Assembly (NCBI GenBank): GCA_963813535.1
Contig: CAWEZH010000002.1
Coordinates: forward strand, 1,888,001 to 1,952,000
DNA length: 64,000 nt
Source of the DNA: an uncultured Chloroflexia bacterium
Lineage (GTDB): Bacteria; Chloroflexota; Limnocylindria; Limnocylindrales; CSP1-4
Direction: 5' to 3'
Positions within the stretch are counted from its first letter, which is position 1. Every line of letters begins with the position of its first letter. Positions 1 to 11,211 of this stretch are shown piece after piece. The position numbers were made by a program, and so were the translations under genes. A model generated the notes under the pieces. The model was not told the DNA's origin. It searched no databases and saw only the letters and a program-made list of their open reading frames with translations.

Positions 1-861
1 CACGAACTGGCGTTGCGAGCGCCGGATGATGAGGACCGTCACGACCATGGAGGCCGGGACGGCGAGCAGCGAGACGACGGCGAGGATCGGGCTGATCGAC
101 ACCATCAGGATCAGCACGCCGATGATCGTGAGCAGTGACGTGATCAGCTGCGTCAGGCTCTGCTGGAGCGACTGCCCGATGTTGTCGATGTCATTGGTGA
201 CGCGGCTGAGCAGATCGCCGCGAGGCCGCGAATCGAAGGTCCGTAGCGGTAACCGTCCGAGCTTCGCGTCGACATCGGCGCGGAGCCGCAGCACCGTTCG
301 CTGCGTGACCCCGGTCATGACGTAGGCCTGCATCCAGGCGAACAGCGAACTGAGCACGTACACCGCGACAAGGATCAGCACGATCCGGCCGAGCGCCTCG
401 AAGTCGATCCCGCTGCCGGGCGTCAACGACATGTGGGACAGCATCTCGGCCTGCTGGGCCTGGCCCTGCGCCTGGAGGCCGGCGACGACCTGCTCCGTCG
501 TCACGCCGGCGGGCAACTGGGCACTGATGGCGCCCTCGAAGATCAGGTTGATCGCATCACCGAGGATGCGCGGCCCAAGGACGGCAAAGGTGACGCTGAC
601 CACCGCGAGGACGATGACAACGGCCACCAGCGGAGCCTCGGGCCGCAGCCCGCCGAGCAGGCGGCGGAGCGAACCGCCGAAATCACGGGCCTTGGCGGGC
701 GGCAGGCCCATGCCCATGCCCATCATCATCCCGCCCCGAGCGCCGGGGGCAGGTCGACCGCCGGGGCCCCCTGCCGGACCTCCGGCCGCGGGACCCCCGC
801 CCGCCGGGGCCCCGCCTGTGGGACTTCCGCTCGCCGGACCTCCGCCGAGACGCCCGCTCAT
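1..861 (-). CDS. ABC exporter, fused permease/ATPase subunit B (partial, runs off window start)
   Basis: Manual translation from ATG 861: Gly/Pro-rich N-terminus, then KARDFGGSLRRLL...GPRILGDAIN...RGDLLSRVTNDIDNI, typical of the second subunit of heterodimeric multidrug ABC exporters. Confidence 0.9.
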   Translation of the reverse strand, partial: MSGRLGGGPASGSPTGGAPAGGGPAAGGPAGGPGGRPAPGARGGMMMGMGMGLPPAKARDFGGSLRRLLGGLRPEAPLVAVVIVLAVVSVTFAVLGPRILGDAINLIFEGAISAQLPAGVTTEQVVAGLQAQGQAQQAEMLSHMSLTPGSGIDFEALGRIVLILVAVYVLSSLFAWMQAYVMTGVTQRTVLRLRADVDAKLGRLPLRTFDSRPRGDLLSRVTNDIDNIGQSLQQSLTQLITSLLTIIGVLILMVSISPILAVVSLLAVPASMVVTVLIIRRSQRQFV

Positions 862-2598
862 GCGGCGGCCTCCGCCTCGGACAGCTGCGAGTACACGATC
901 TCCCGATAGGTCTCGTTCGAATTCGAGCAGCTCGTCGTGCTTGCCCATGCCGACGATCCGCCCGCCGTCCATCACGATGATCCGGTCGGCCCGCATGATC
1001 GTCGCTACGCGCTGGGCCACGATGATCACGGTGGCGCGTTCGAGCTCACCGGCGAGTGCCGCGCGCAGGCGCGCATCGGTCGCGACGTCGAGGGCCGAGA
1101 AGCTGTCGTCGAAGACGACGATGTCGGCGGCGCGCACGATCGCCCGGGCGATCGCCAGCCGCTGGCGCTGACCGCCGGAGACGTTCGTGCCGCCTTGTGC
1201 GATTGGTGACTCCAGCCCGGCGGGCATCTCGGCCACGAAGTCACGGGCCTGGGCCGTGGTCAATGCGCGCCACAGAGCCTCGTCGGACGCGTCCGCGTCC
1301 CCGAACCGCAGGTTGCTGGCAACGGTGCCGCCGAAGAGGAATGCCTTCTGCGGGACGAGCGCGATGCGCTTCCACAGGGCGTCGCGGTCCTGGTCGCGCA
1401 CGTCCACGCCGTCGACGAGCAGGGTTCCCGCCGTGATGTCGTAGAAGCGCGGGATGAGGTTGATCAAGGTGGTCTTGCCCGATCCGGTACTGCCGACGAT
1501 GGCCGTCGTCTCACCCGGCGCGGCCGTGAACGACAGATCGCGGAGCACCGGGTCCTCGGCACCGGGATACCGGAACTCGACGCCCCGGAACTCCACGACC
1601 CCACGCTGGTCGGGGTCCGATGGGACGACCGGCGAGTCGGGGTCGTGGATCATCGGCTGGGTCGCGAGGACCTCGTTGATGCGTCCAGAGGAGACAGCCG
1701 CTCGCGGGATCAGGATGAACATGAACACGGCGGTCAGGACCGCGAAGAGGATCTGGGTCAGGTACTGCAGAAAGGCTGTCAGGCTGCCGATCTGCATCGC
1801 GCCCTCGGCCACCCGCATCGCGCCGAACCACACGACGGCGACGGTGGAGAGGTTGAGGATCGCGGTCATGATCGGGATCGTCACCGCGAACAGCCGGCCG
1901 ACCCGCAGGGTCGTGTCGTACAGGTCGCGGCTCGCGACGTCGAAGCGCTCTTCCTCGTGACGCGTCCTGACGAATGCGCGGATGACCCGCACGCCGGCAA
2001 GCGTCTCGCGCATTACCTGGTTGATCCGGTCGATCATGGCCTGGGTCGCCTGGAACAACGGGATCGCGCGTGACATCACGAGCCCGATCACGAGCGCCAT
2101 CAAGGGCAGGACGACGACGAGCAGCCCCGATAGAGCGACGTCGGTCCGGAGCGCCATGATGATCCCGCCGACGATGAGGAGAGGTGCGGACACGATCACC
2201 GTCAGACCCAGGAACACGACGATGAGGACCTGCTGGACGTCGTTCGTGTTGCGCGTGATCAACGACGCTGGACCGAAGGTGTTGACCTCGACCTGCGAGA
2301 ACGTCTCGACCTTGGCGAAGATCGCCCGCCGGACGTCGCGCCCGAAGCCCATGGCGATCCGGGCACTCAGGTAGACCCCGATCACGGCCGCGATGCCGAG
2401 CACCGCCGTGACGAGCAGCATCAGCCCGCCGACCCGGAGGATGTAGTCGGTATCGCCCTTCACGACGCCGTTGTCGATGATGTCGGCATTGAGGACCGGC
2501 AGGTAAAGGTTCCCGAGGGCTTGCACGAGGAGCAGCACGAGCACGACGGCGATCTGCGCCGCATACGGTCGAAGGAACCGCCGGAACAAGGTGATCAC
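858..2598 (-). CDS. ABC exporter, fused permease/ATPase subunit A (apparent +1 frameshift near 921)
   Basis: GTG 2598 MITLFRRFLRPY...LYLPVLNADIID; Walker A GSTGSGKTT; signature VSGGQRQRL; FDDSFSALD. The expected C-terminus (SNETYREIVYSQLSEAEAAA-TGA at 858-860) lies in a shifted frame. Confidence 0.88.
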
Positions 2599-3104
2599 GG
2601 TCGATCACTCCCACCGGTCGTCGCAGCCGCCGCGGCCATCTCGAGCATCTCGGTCCGGACTCGGCGCAGGGCTCGCAATCCGACGAGGAAGCTCTCGAGC
2701 TCGTCGTCGGTCATCCGGTCGAGTAGCGGCTCGAGGTCCTTCCGGCGCTCCACAGCCATCTCGGTGAACACCGCAGCGCCGGCATCGGTCGTGTAGACGA
2801 GGACCACGCGCCGATCGCCTGGCTCGCGCCGGCGCCCCACGAGGCCGCGGTCCTCCATCCGGTCGATGATCCCGGTCAGGCTCGCGACCGACACGTCCAG
2901 CGCGTCGGCGAGCTTGGACATGGGCATGGGGCCGTGGGCTTCGAGGACGGTCAGGACGTGCAGGTGGACGAGGCTGAGCGAACCGCGCAGCCACTGCCGG
3001 AAGGCGCCGGCACGCTCCCGCGGCCCCCATGCGGTCAGCTCGTCGAGCAGGTCGTCGACCGTCCGCCGACGGACGGACCGTCGGGGGTTTTTATTCAATG
3101 GCAC
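2595..3104 (-). CDS. MarR family transcriptional regulator
   Basis: wHTH pattern MSKLADALDVSVASLTGIIDRMEDRGLV..DRRVVLV; GTGA overlap with the ABC gene. Confidence 0.9.
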   Translation of the reverse strand: MPLNKNPRRSVRRRTVDDLLDELTAWGPRERAGAFRQWLRGSLSLVHLHVLTVLEAHGPMPMSKLADALDVSVASLTGIIDRMEDRGLVGRRREPGDRRVVLVYTTDAGAAVFTEMAVERRKDLEPLLDRMTDDELESFLVGLRALRRVRTEMLEMAAAAATTGGSDRP

Positions 3105-3106
3105 AT

Positions 3107-3140
3107 TGACAATCTATGTCAGATGTACCGTTCTAGTCAA
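3107..3140 (-). promoter_or_regulatory. sigma70-type leaderless promoter of marR-ABC operon with overlapping inverted repeat
   Basis: Minus strand TTGACT (3140-3135), 18 bp, TAGATT (3116-3111), 6 nt, GTG start; TGACA-N5-TGTCA palindrome at 3107-3121. Confidence 0.7.
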
Positions 3141-3160
3141 CCGCCGCCGCGGGCAGGGTG

Positions 3161-3940
3161 TCAGCTCCGGCGGGCGCCGCCGATCGTCGCTGGATCGGGC
3201 GTGAAGTAGCGCATCCGGCGCCCGAGCAGGAGCACCTCGCGCTCGAGCAAGGCGACCAACCCGTCGAGGCGCTCGACGGTCGTGCGCGCCTCGAGCAAGG
3301 CCTGGCGGCGCGGCAGCTCGACCTGGACGATGCCGGACAGCAGGTAGGACAGGACCGTCGGATCGTCGGGGATGTCCAGATCGTGCCGGCTCGGCCTGTC
3401 GGTGTCTGTCATGAGCTGGGGTTCGGCCGTCGCGAGTGGGTCGGCGTCCGGATCCGGCTCGCCGACCGTGGCTTCGATCTCGACGCGGATGTCGAGGAGC
3501 TCCGATGACTCGCCGTCCCTCGCACGCATCAGATCGAGGTAGCGGACGAAGCGACGGATGGCACGCGCAGCCAATCGCTCGGCCCGCAGCTCGTCACCGA
3601 CTTCGTCGTCGAGTGGTGTGACATCGGCCAGCAGGTAGGGCTCGCGCTGCGCATCGACGGACTCGATCGCGAACCGACCCGTCGCCGCGGCCAGCAGGTC
3701 GAACCGCCCGTCCGGATAGCGGCCCGCCTCGCGGATCTCGGCGAAGGCGCCGACACCGGCGAGCGTCGCGACGCCCTTCGTGCCGACCTCCCGACCATCA
3801 CGGATCAGGACGACGCCGAATGGCTGGCCCGTGTCGAGGCAATGCTGGGTCATCGCCTGGTAGCGGTCTTCGAAGATATGGAGGGGCAGGACGATGCCGG
3901 GGCACAGGACCTGGTGCAGCGGGAAGAGCGGGATCTCCAT
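3161..3940 (-). CDS. LON peptidase N-terminal substrate-binding domain protein
   Basis: IPLFPLHQVLCPGIVLPLHIFEDRY...PFGVVLIRDGREVG...RQALLEA, the stand-alone Lon-N pattern. Confidence 0.9.
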   Translation of the reverse strand: MEIPLFPLHQVLCPGIVLPLHIFEDRYQAMTQHCLDTGQPFGVVLIRDGREVGTKGVATLAGVGAFAEIREAGRYPDGRFDLLAAATGRFAIESVDAQREPYLLADVTPLDDEVGDELRAERLAARAIRRFVRYLDLMRARDGESSELLDIRVEIEATVGEPDPDADPLATAEPQLMTDTDRPSRHDLDIPDDPTVLSYLLSGIVQVELPRRQALLEARTTVERLDGLVALLEREVLLLGRRMRYFTPDPATIGGARRS

Positions 3941-3952
3941 CGCCGCCCGAGT

Positions 3953-5554
3953 CTATCCGGGTTCCGGCCCGAGGGCCGTCCGGCCCACGGCGGGCTTGCG
4001 GAACGACAGCCGACGGCGCGACGCGCCCTCGGCGACGCGTCCGGTGGCGGCCTCGTTGTCGATGACGTCGTCGGGGTCGAACAGGTGGTAGCGGCCCTTG
4101 CCCTGTGCCTTGGCGCGATACATCGCGATGTCCGCCTGGCCCATCAGGGCGTCAGCGCCGGTCGTCCCCAGCGTATCAAGCGCGATACCGATGCTCGCGC
4201 CGGCGGCGACGGGTTCGCCGGCGATCTCGATCGGCCGCTCGAGCGACACGAGCAGGCGCGACGCCGTGTCGACGGCCTCGGACACGTCCCCGACATCGGT
4301 GAGCAGGATGCCGAACTCGTCACCGCCCAGGCGTGCCGCGACATCGGTCGGCCGGACACCGCTCCGGATCCGGTCGGCGACAGCCGCCAGGAGATCGTCA
4401 CCGGCCGCGTGGCCGAGGCCATCGTTAACGGTCTTGAAGTCGTCGAGGTCCAGGAACAGCACAGCGAGTGATCCGGGCGTCCTGCGCACGGCGAGTGCCG
4501 CCGTGGTCGCCTCGACGAACCGGCGACGGTTGGCGAGCTCGGTCAGTGGGTCGTGGTAGGCCTGATAGGTCAGCCGTGCCTCCAGGACGCGACGCGCTGC
4601 AACGTCACGCTCGAGCAGACCGACGAGACCGGCCAGTCGCATCAATACGAGCAGCGAGAGCAGCGCGGTCCCGGCCGCCACGACCATGAGCGTGCCATCG
4701 CCCTGCGGGCCAAGCGTGACGAGGAACGGGCCTGTGATCATCGCCGCCGCGAGGCAGACCAGGCGCACGGGTCCCAGCCATGTGACGACGACAGGGTGCG
4801 GATCGGTGAGACGGCGCATCGACGGATGGAGCGCAGATGCTCCGAACAGCAGGTAGGCCATGAGATAGAGGGAATCGATCCAGCCGCCGCTGACATACGA
4901 CCCCTCGAGCGTCTGAAGCGCGTAGATCTGATCGGCGACCAGCAGGAGCACGAGATTGGCGCCGAGCAGCCGGAACGAGACGGTCCGGGCACCGGGCGTC
5001 GTCAGCAGGCCCATCGCCACGCCGATGAGGAGCAGGTCCGCGAGCGGGTAGGCGAGGCTGATGGCAAGGCTGAGCGGGTCGAGATCGGTCGCCACGACCT
5101 GCGGCTGGATCAGGAAGGTCCAGGACAGGATCGCGACGGCTGTCGTGAGGATCGCCGCATCGACCAGCCCGCCGCGGTCGCCACCGGCGAGCCGACGACG
5201 GATCAGCTGCAACAGGCCAAGGGCGATGAACGGGTAGCCGGCGAGGTACAGGACGTCGGCGATCGATGGGAACGGGTCCTCTCCGATGATCTCGAACCAG
5301 TTCCAGACGAGATCGCCGGCCACGAACAGGGCCTGCCCGAATGCCATGAGGAGCCACGGGGCGACCCGCTCCGGCCGGTGGCGGCGGACACCGAGAAGGA
5401 CCATGGCGATCGCAGACGCGCCGATCGCGTCGTACAGGAAGCTCTGGGGCAGCGATCCGGTCTCGAGCAGCGTGTGCACGACGAGCGCGAACGCACCGGC
5501 AGCGAGATACGCCACCCATGTCGGGATGCGCGGGGATGAACGGCGGTCGGACAT
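3953..5554 (-). CDS. Membrane-bound diguanylate cyclase (GGDEF)
   Basis: Many hydrophobic helices, then HDPLTELANRR, FLDLDDFKTVNDGLGHAAGD and an intact RLGGDEF; start placed at ATG 5554 (uncertain). Confidence 0.9.
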   Translation of the reverse strand: MSDRRSSPRIPTWVAYLAAGAFALVVHTLLETGSLPQSFLYDAIGASAIAMVLLGVRRHRPERVAPWLLMAFGQALFVAGDLVWNWFEIIGEDPFPSIADVLYLAGYPFIALGLLQLIRRRLAGGDRGGLVDAAILTTAVAILSWTFLIQPQVVATDLDPLSLAISLAYPLADLLLIGVAMGLLTTPGARTVSFRLLGANLVLLLVADQIYALQTLEGSYVSGGWIDSLYLMAYLLFGASALHPSMRRLTDPHPVVVTWLGPVRLVCLAAAMITGPFLVTLGPQGDGTLMVVAAGTALLSLLVLMRLAGLVGLLERDVAARRVLEARLTYQAYHDPLTELANRRRFVEATTAALAVRRTPGSLAVLFLDLDDFKTVNDGLGHAAGDDLLAAVADRIRSGVRPTDVAARLGGDEFGILLTDVGDVSEAVDTASRLLVSLERPIEIAGEPVAAGASIGIALDTLGTTGADALMGQADIAMYRAKAQGKGRYHLFDPDDVIDNEAATGRVAEGASRRRLSFRKPAVGRTALGPEPG

Positions 5555-5651
5555 CGGTTCGATGGACAGTGTCGGTACCGTCGTCCGTAGCGCCCATGAC
5601 CCGACCGTACCGGCCACGATGGGACGCCCAGCCGAACGCGGTCCCGGAAAC

Positions 5652-5684
5652 GACGAAGCCGCCGGTCGCCCGGCGGCTTTCGTT
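5652..5684 (-). terminator. Hairpin, likely intrinsic terminator of iscA/erpA
   Basis: GAAGCCGCCGG-TCGC-CCGGCGGCTTT stem 27 bp past the stop, followed on the minus strand by TCGTTT. Confidence 0.6.
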
Positions 5685-5710
5685 CAGCTGGTCAGTGCCT
5701 CAGGCGATGG

Positions 5711-6118
5711 TCAATGCGCGCAGCCGCGCGGTGCACCCTCATCGTCGGCGGTCCGGAAGCTGGAGCCGCAGCCGCACGCTGCGACCGCGTTGGGATTGTT
5801 CACCGTGAAGCCGGCGCCCATCAGGGTGTCGACATAGTCGATCTCCGAGCCCTGCAGCAACGAGATGCTCTGACCGTCGACGTAGACCTTGATCCCACTC
5901 ACATCGAGGACGTTGTCCTCGGGCGTGGGCGCGTCCTCGAGCATCATCCCGTACCGGAAACCGGAGCAACCGCCGGAATACACGTACACCCGCAGACCGA
6001 TATCGGGATTGGTCTCTTCCTTGGTCAGCTCGCTGAGCTTCGCGACCGCGGCGTCGGAGAGGGATACGACCGTGCCCGGCGGGGTCGGCTCGATGACCAT
6101 CGGCTGCTGGTCGATCAT
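5711..6118 (-). CDS. erpA: A-type Fe-S carrier (HesB/IscA/ErpA family)
   Basis: LRVYVYSGGCSGFRY and NPNAVAACGCGSSF motifs; SD AAGGAGG upstream of ATG 6118. Confidence 0.92.
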   Translation of the reverse strand: MIDQQPMVIEPTPPGTVVSLSDAAVAKLSELTKEETNPDIGLRVYVYSGGCSGFRYGMMLEDAPTPEDNVLDVSGIKVYVDGQSISLLQGSEIDYVDTLMGAGFTVNNPNAVAACGCGSSFRTADDEGAPRGCAH

Positions 6119-6257
6119 GTGTCGGTTCGTCCTCCTTGGACGCGAGATCGGCTGTTCGGGCGCCGCGGTGGCGGTGAATGATCCCATCGTACGCAGCGCA
6201 ACAGGTTTCGACAAGCGTGCCGCCGAAATCCGATGGTCCTGTCGGGCGACAGTGTCG

Positions 6258-7496
<1,239 letters not shown>

Positions 7497-7566
7497 GCGG
7501 CCGATCGTAACGGCTCCCTCGCGTCCCGGTCGTCCGGCCGTCGATCCGGCCGACGCGGACCCATCG

Positions 7567-8631
7567 TCAGATCGTCGAGAGGAATCGCTCCGGATAGGCG
7601 ACGCCCAGGCGCAACGCGGTGACGATGTCGGCGCGCGGAGCGACGTCCTCGTCGATCGCGAAGCGCACCTCGTCCACGATGGCCGCTTCGATCCGCTTGC
7701 GGATCTGGTCCGAACCGAGCCCCCGGGCCGGGCCTTCGTCGAACTCCGCGTCGACGGACCCGCGGCGACCGTCGTCATACCGGTAGAACCCGCCGCCGGA
7801 CTTGCGGCCGAGGCGACCGGCGGCGACCAACCGTTCCTGGATCGGCGAGGGTGTGAGCCGCTCCGGACGACCGAGCCCCTCCCACACCCCCCGCGCCGCA
7901 GCGAGGTTGACGTCGAGGCCCGCCAGATCCATGACTTCGAACGGCCCCATCGGGAACCCGCCCGCGCGCATCGCCTCGTCGATCGCGCTGACACTCGCCG
8001 CGCCCTCTTCGAGGATCCGCAGCGCCTCGATCGTGAACGGGCGATTGACGCGGTTGACGATGAACCCCGGCCGGTCGGCACTCCGGATCGGCGTCTTGCC
8101 CCACTCCCGGACGATCGCCTCGGCGGTCTCGGCGGTGGACTGGGAGGTCTTCACCCCGGGCACGACCTCCACGAGCGGCATCAACGGCACGGGATTGAAG
8201 AAATGCAGCCCGACCACGCGCTCCGCGTGCACCGTCGATCCGGCGATGTCCGTGATCGACAACGCGCTCGTGTTGCTCGCGAGGATGACATCGGGCGCGG
8301 CCTCGGCATCGAGCGCCCGGAAGATCGTCCCCTTGAGCTCGACGTCCTCCAGCGCGGCCTCGACGATCAGCGCCGCCTCGGTCGCCAGCCCGTCGAGCGT
8401 GTGGGCGTGGCGGAGCTTGTCCATGCGGCCATCTGCCCACTCGTCGATCGAGTCGGCATCGAGGTCGAGCTTGGCGGCCCGTCGGGCGAGGCCGTCGCGG
8501 ATCCGCTCGGCTGCCCGCGCGATGGCGTCCTCGTCGACGTCGTGCAGGACGACCTCCCAGCCGGCCTCGAGGGCGACCTGCCCGATGCCGGCACCCATCA
8601 CGCCGGCCCCGACGATCCCGACGATCGTCAC
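7567..8631 (-). CDS. paaH: 3-hydroxyacyl-CoA dehydrogenase
   Basis: GTG 8631 overlapping paaD stop; [48 protein letters not shown]. Confidence 0.88.
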   Translation of the reverse strand: MTIVGIVGAGVMGAGIGQVALEAGWEVVLHDVDEDAIARAAERIRDGLARRAAKLDLDADSIDEWADGRMDKLRHAHTLDGLATEAALIVEAALEDVELKGTIFRALDAEAAPDVILASNTSALSITDIAGSTVHAERVVGLHFFNPVPLMPLVEVVPGVKTSQSTAETAEAIVREWGKTPIRSADRPGFIVNRVNRPFTIEALRILEEGAASVSAIDEAMRAGGFPMGPFEVMDLAGLDVNLAAARGVWEGLGRPERLTPSPIQERLVAAGRLGRKSGGGFYRYDDGRRGSVDAEFDEGPARGLGSDQIRKRIEAAIVDEVRFAIDEDVAPRADIVTALRLGVAYPERFLSTI

Positions 8632-9092
8632 ACCGACTTCAGCGCCTCGAACGGCTGGCGGCACCCACGGCAGTAGAACAGTGACCGGCACTGGGTCGGG
8701 CCGAACGCGCTGTCCATGACGACGTCGGCGCTGTCGCAGAGCGGGCAACGCATCCGGCTGGGGTCATCCGGCGGTGCGATCCCGGCCTGTCGGAGGGCGG
8801 CCCGGCCGGCGGTCGAGATGCGGTCCGATGTCCACGGCACCTCGAACGTGGTCTCGACCCGGACCGGCCGATCGAACCGCTCCGACAGGGTATCGGCGAT
8901 CGAGGTGCGGATCACGTCCAGGGCCGGGCAGCCGACGAATGTCGGCAGGATCGCGACATCGATCGCGTCGGGGCGGATGGCGACACGGTGCACGATGCCG
9001 AGGTCGACCACCGACAGGACGGGGATCTCCGGGTCGGGCACGGTCGCGAGCACCGCGCGGACATCCCGCTCCGATGGCCCGGCGTCGATCAC
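8628..9092 (-). CDS. paaD: Phenylacetyl-CoA epoxidase subunit PaaD
   Basis: VPDPEIPVLSVVDLGIV, PTFVGCPA, WTSDRIS, CPLCDS...FGPTQCRSLFYCRGCRQPFEALK. Confidence 0.92.
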   Translation of the reverse strand: MIDAGPSERDVRAVLATVPDPEIPVLSVVDLGIVHRVAIRPDAIDVAILPTFVGCPALDVIRTSIADTLSERFDRPVRVETTFEVPWTSDRISTAGRAALRQAGIAPPDDPSRMRCPLCDSADVVMDSAFGPTQCRSLFYCRGCRQPFEALKSV

Positions 9093-9853
9093 CACGTGGC
9101 CGCTGGATCGCTGTGTCGCACAGCCGTGAACTCGCCCCACAACCAGCGGAACGGCTCGCCGTGATCGGTCCGGCCAGACCACGGATCGATCGTCGCAGGG
9201 GCTAGCGGGAGCCCCAGTCGCTCGAACACCGGCTCGACGCGTGCTCGCCAGGTGCGCTCCAGGTCGGCCATCGGGCGGGCGAGCACCCCAACCTCGACGA
9301 GCGCGCCTTCCCCACTCAACGGCGTGAACACCGTCCCGGCATGGGGTCCGAGGGTGTCGAGGGCGACCAGCAGGCGCTCACGCGGCTCGCCGTCCGCGAC
9401 GGCCAAACGCTCGAGCCACGAACTGATGTGCATCTCGTGATAGCGCTCCTCGCGACGGAGCTTGGCGACCAGGTCGGCCAGCGGCGCCCAGGAACCGTCG
9501 ACGAGCGCCTCGAGTCGCACGGCGTCTGCGGTCTCGTACAGGTAGCGGCGCGCGATGGTCATCGCCCAGTCGCCGCGCCCGTGGTCGAGCAGGCGAGCGT
9601 GCCGGTACTCCGCGGGCTGGCGATCGTAGGCGATGGCGTCGGCGTCACCGGCGGTCGTCCGCGCGAGCAGCTCGTATAGGGCGGCGGCGTGGCCCAGCTC
9701 GTCCTGGGACAGCGAGCTCATCGCCACGTCCTCTTCAAGCAGCGGCGCGATCCCGGTCCACTCGGAATCGCTGAAGCCGATGACGAACTCGTCGTCGGCC
9801 ATGGTCAGCAGGAGCTCATCCAGACCGACGATGGCCGGTATCGCCGTGCTCAT
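9089..9853 (-). CDS. paaC: Phenylacetyl-CoA epoxidase subunit PaaC
   Basis: MADDEFVIG..SEWTGIAPLLEEDVAMSSLSQDELGHA...REERYH; ATGA coupling to paaB. Confidence 0.92.
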   Translation of the reverse strand: MSTAIPAIVGLDELLLTMADDEFVIGFSDSEWTGIAPLLEEDVAMSSLSQDELGHAAALYELLARTTAGDADAIAYDRQPAEYRHARLLDHGRGDWAMTIARRYLYETADAVRLEALVDGSWAPLADLVAKLRREERYHEMHISSWLERLAVADGEPRERLLVALDTLGPHAGTVFTPLSGEGALVEVGVLARPMADLERTWRARVEPVFERLGLPLAPATIDPWSGRTDHGEPFRWLWGEFTAVRHSDPAATW

Positions 9854-10185
9854 CGGTTGCGCGCCTTCGGTTTCGCCTGACCCGCCGCCTCCCGCGCGGC
9901 GGCCAGCTTGTCGCGCATCACGTAGCCGCCGGGCTTCTTGAAGGACCGGTCGAGCGGCGGCTGGAGCAGGTCGGGGTCCTCCAGGTCGATGATGTCGGCA
10001 CGGCGGACGACCCACAGACGGACGCTCTCCTGACGACGGCCGTACATCTCGCGGGCGTAGTGGGTGGCGAGCTCGGCGTCGGGCGCCATGACGCTGCCCC
10101 CGTGCCGCATCGGGTCGCCTTCCTTCTCCTGCCGGAAGACCTCCCAGGCCTCGATCTCGGGGCCGCCCGCCCCGTCGTCCTTCAC
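9850..10185 (-). CDS. paaB: Phenylacetyl-CoA epoxidase subunit PaaB
   Basis: WEVFRQ..HGGSVMAPDAELA..AREMYGRRQE..LWVV. Confidence 0.88.
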   Translation of the reverse strand: MKDDGAGGPEIEAWEVFRQEKEGDPMRHGGSVMAPDAELATHYAREMYGRRQESVRLWVVRRADIIDLEDPDLLQPPLDRSFKKPGGYVMRDKLAAAREAAGQAKPKARNR

Positions 10186-11180
10186 GCCGCGACGGCGGGC
10201 ACGCCCAGGATCGCCTCGCGCACCCACCTCGTCTCTTCACGGGCGAGCCGGCGGAACTCGAGCCGGGCCTCCGACATGGGCCCGTGGTTGGTGACCACCG
10301 TTCGGAGCTCGTTCCAGTCGGGCTCGGTGTAGCGCCACTCCCCCGCGTCCTCGTCGAACACGAGCTCAGGGTCGGGGATGACGAGTCCGAGCTCGCGGAT
10401 GCGCGGCACGTAGATCGTCAGGAACTCCTGCCGCAGCTCTTCGGACGACTTGGCCTTGATGCGCCAGCGCAGGTCCATGTCCTTCTCGCGTGGTGTCCGC
10501 GGACCGTGCATCTGCATCAACGGTCCCCACCACCGGTCGAGGGCGTCCTGGATGGCGGCGCGCTGGCCCGGCGTGCCCGTGACCATCGTCACCACGACGT
10601 CGCGACCGTGCATGATGTGGACCGACTCTTCCCAGCAGATCTTGCGCATCGTCCGGGCGTACGGCGCATAACTCGAGTCGCGCAGTGCCTGCTGGGCCAC
10701 GATCGCCGCCGCATCGACGAGCCAGGCGATCATCCCCACGTCGGCCCAGCCGACGGTCGGGTAATGGAAGACGTTGTGGAACTTCGTCTTGCCCGCCAGA
10801 AGGTCGTCGAACATCGCCTCGCGCGGCTTGCCGAGGTCCTCCGCGATCCGGTAGAGGAGCTGGGCGTGACCGACCTCGTCCTGCACCTTGGCCGTCAGCG
10901 CGAGCTTTCGCTTCAGGGTCGGTGCGCGCATGAGCCACTCGCGCTCGGGGAGGACGCCCATCAGCTCGGAGTTGGCGTGCATCTCGACGAACCGCAGGAC
11001 GGCCGTGCGGTACTCGTCGGGCATCGCGTCGACCGCCTCGACCTTGCCGCCATCCATGACGTGCGACTCGAATCGCTCGAACCACGCGTCGTAGGCCTCG
11101 TCGTGCGCGCGGACCGGCGCGCCACCGCTCGAGCGTTCTGACGGCGACAGGACCGGATCGAGCGCCAATGGGTCGGTCAT
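10182..11180 (-). CDS. paaA: Phenylacetyl-CoA epoxidase catalytic subunit PaaA
   Basis: MPDEYR, HANSELMG.LPE.EW..RAPTLKRK..L.AKVQDEVGH, KICWEESVH di-iron motifs. Confidence 0.94.
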   Translation of the reverse strand: MTDPLALDPVLSPSERSSGGAPVRAHDEAYDAWFERFESHVMDGGKVEAVDAMPDEYRTAVLRFVEMHANSELMGVLPEREWLMRAPTLKRKLALTAKVQDEVGHAQLLYRIAEDLGKPREAMFDDLLAGKTKFHNVFHYPTVGWADVGMIAWLVDAAAIVAQQALRDSSYAPYARTMRKICWEESVHIMHGRDVVVTMVTGTPGQRAAIQDALDRWWGPLMQMHGPRTPREKDMDLRWRIKAKSSEELRQEFLTIYVPRIRELGLVIPDPELVFDEDAGEWRYTEPDWNELRTVVTNHGPMSEARLEFRRLAREETRWVREAILGVPAVAA

Positions 11181-11211
11181 GGCATCAGCCTACGCCCATG
11201 GGCCTGTGTCG

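Noticed and set aside
700-850. Low-complexity GC repeats as CRISPR or VNTR
   Set aside because: They encode the Gly/Pro/Ala/Met-rich N-terminus of the ABC subunit; there is no repeat-spacer structure. No CRISPR array, tRNA, rRNA or transposase was recognised anywhere in the window.
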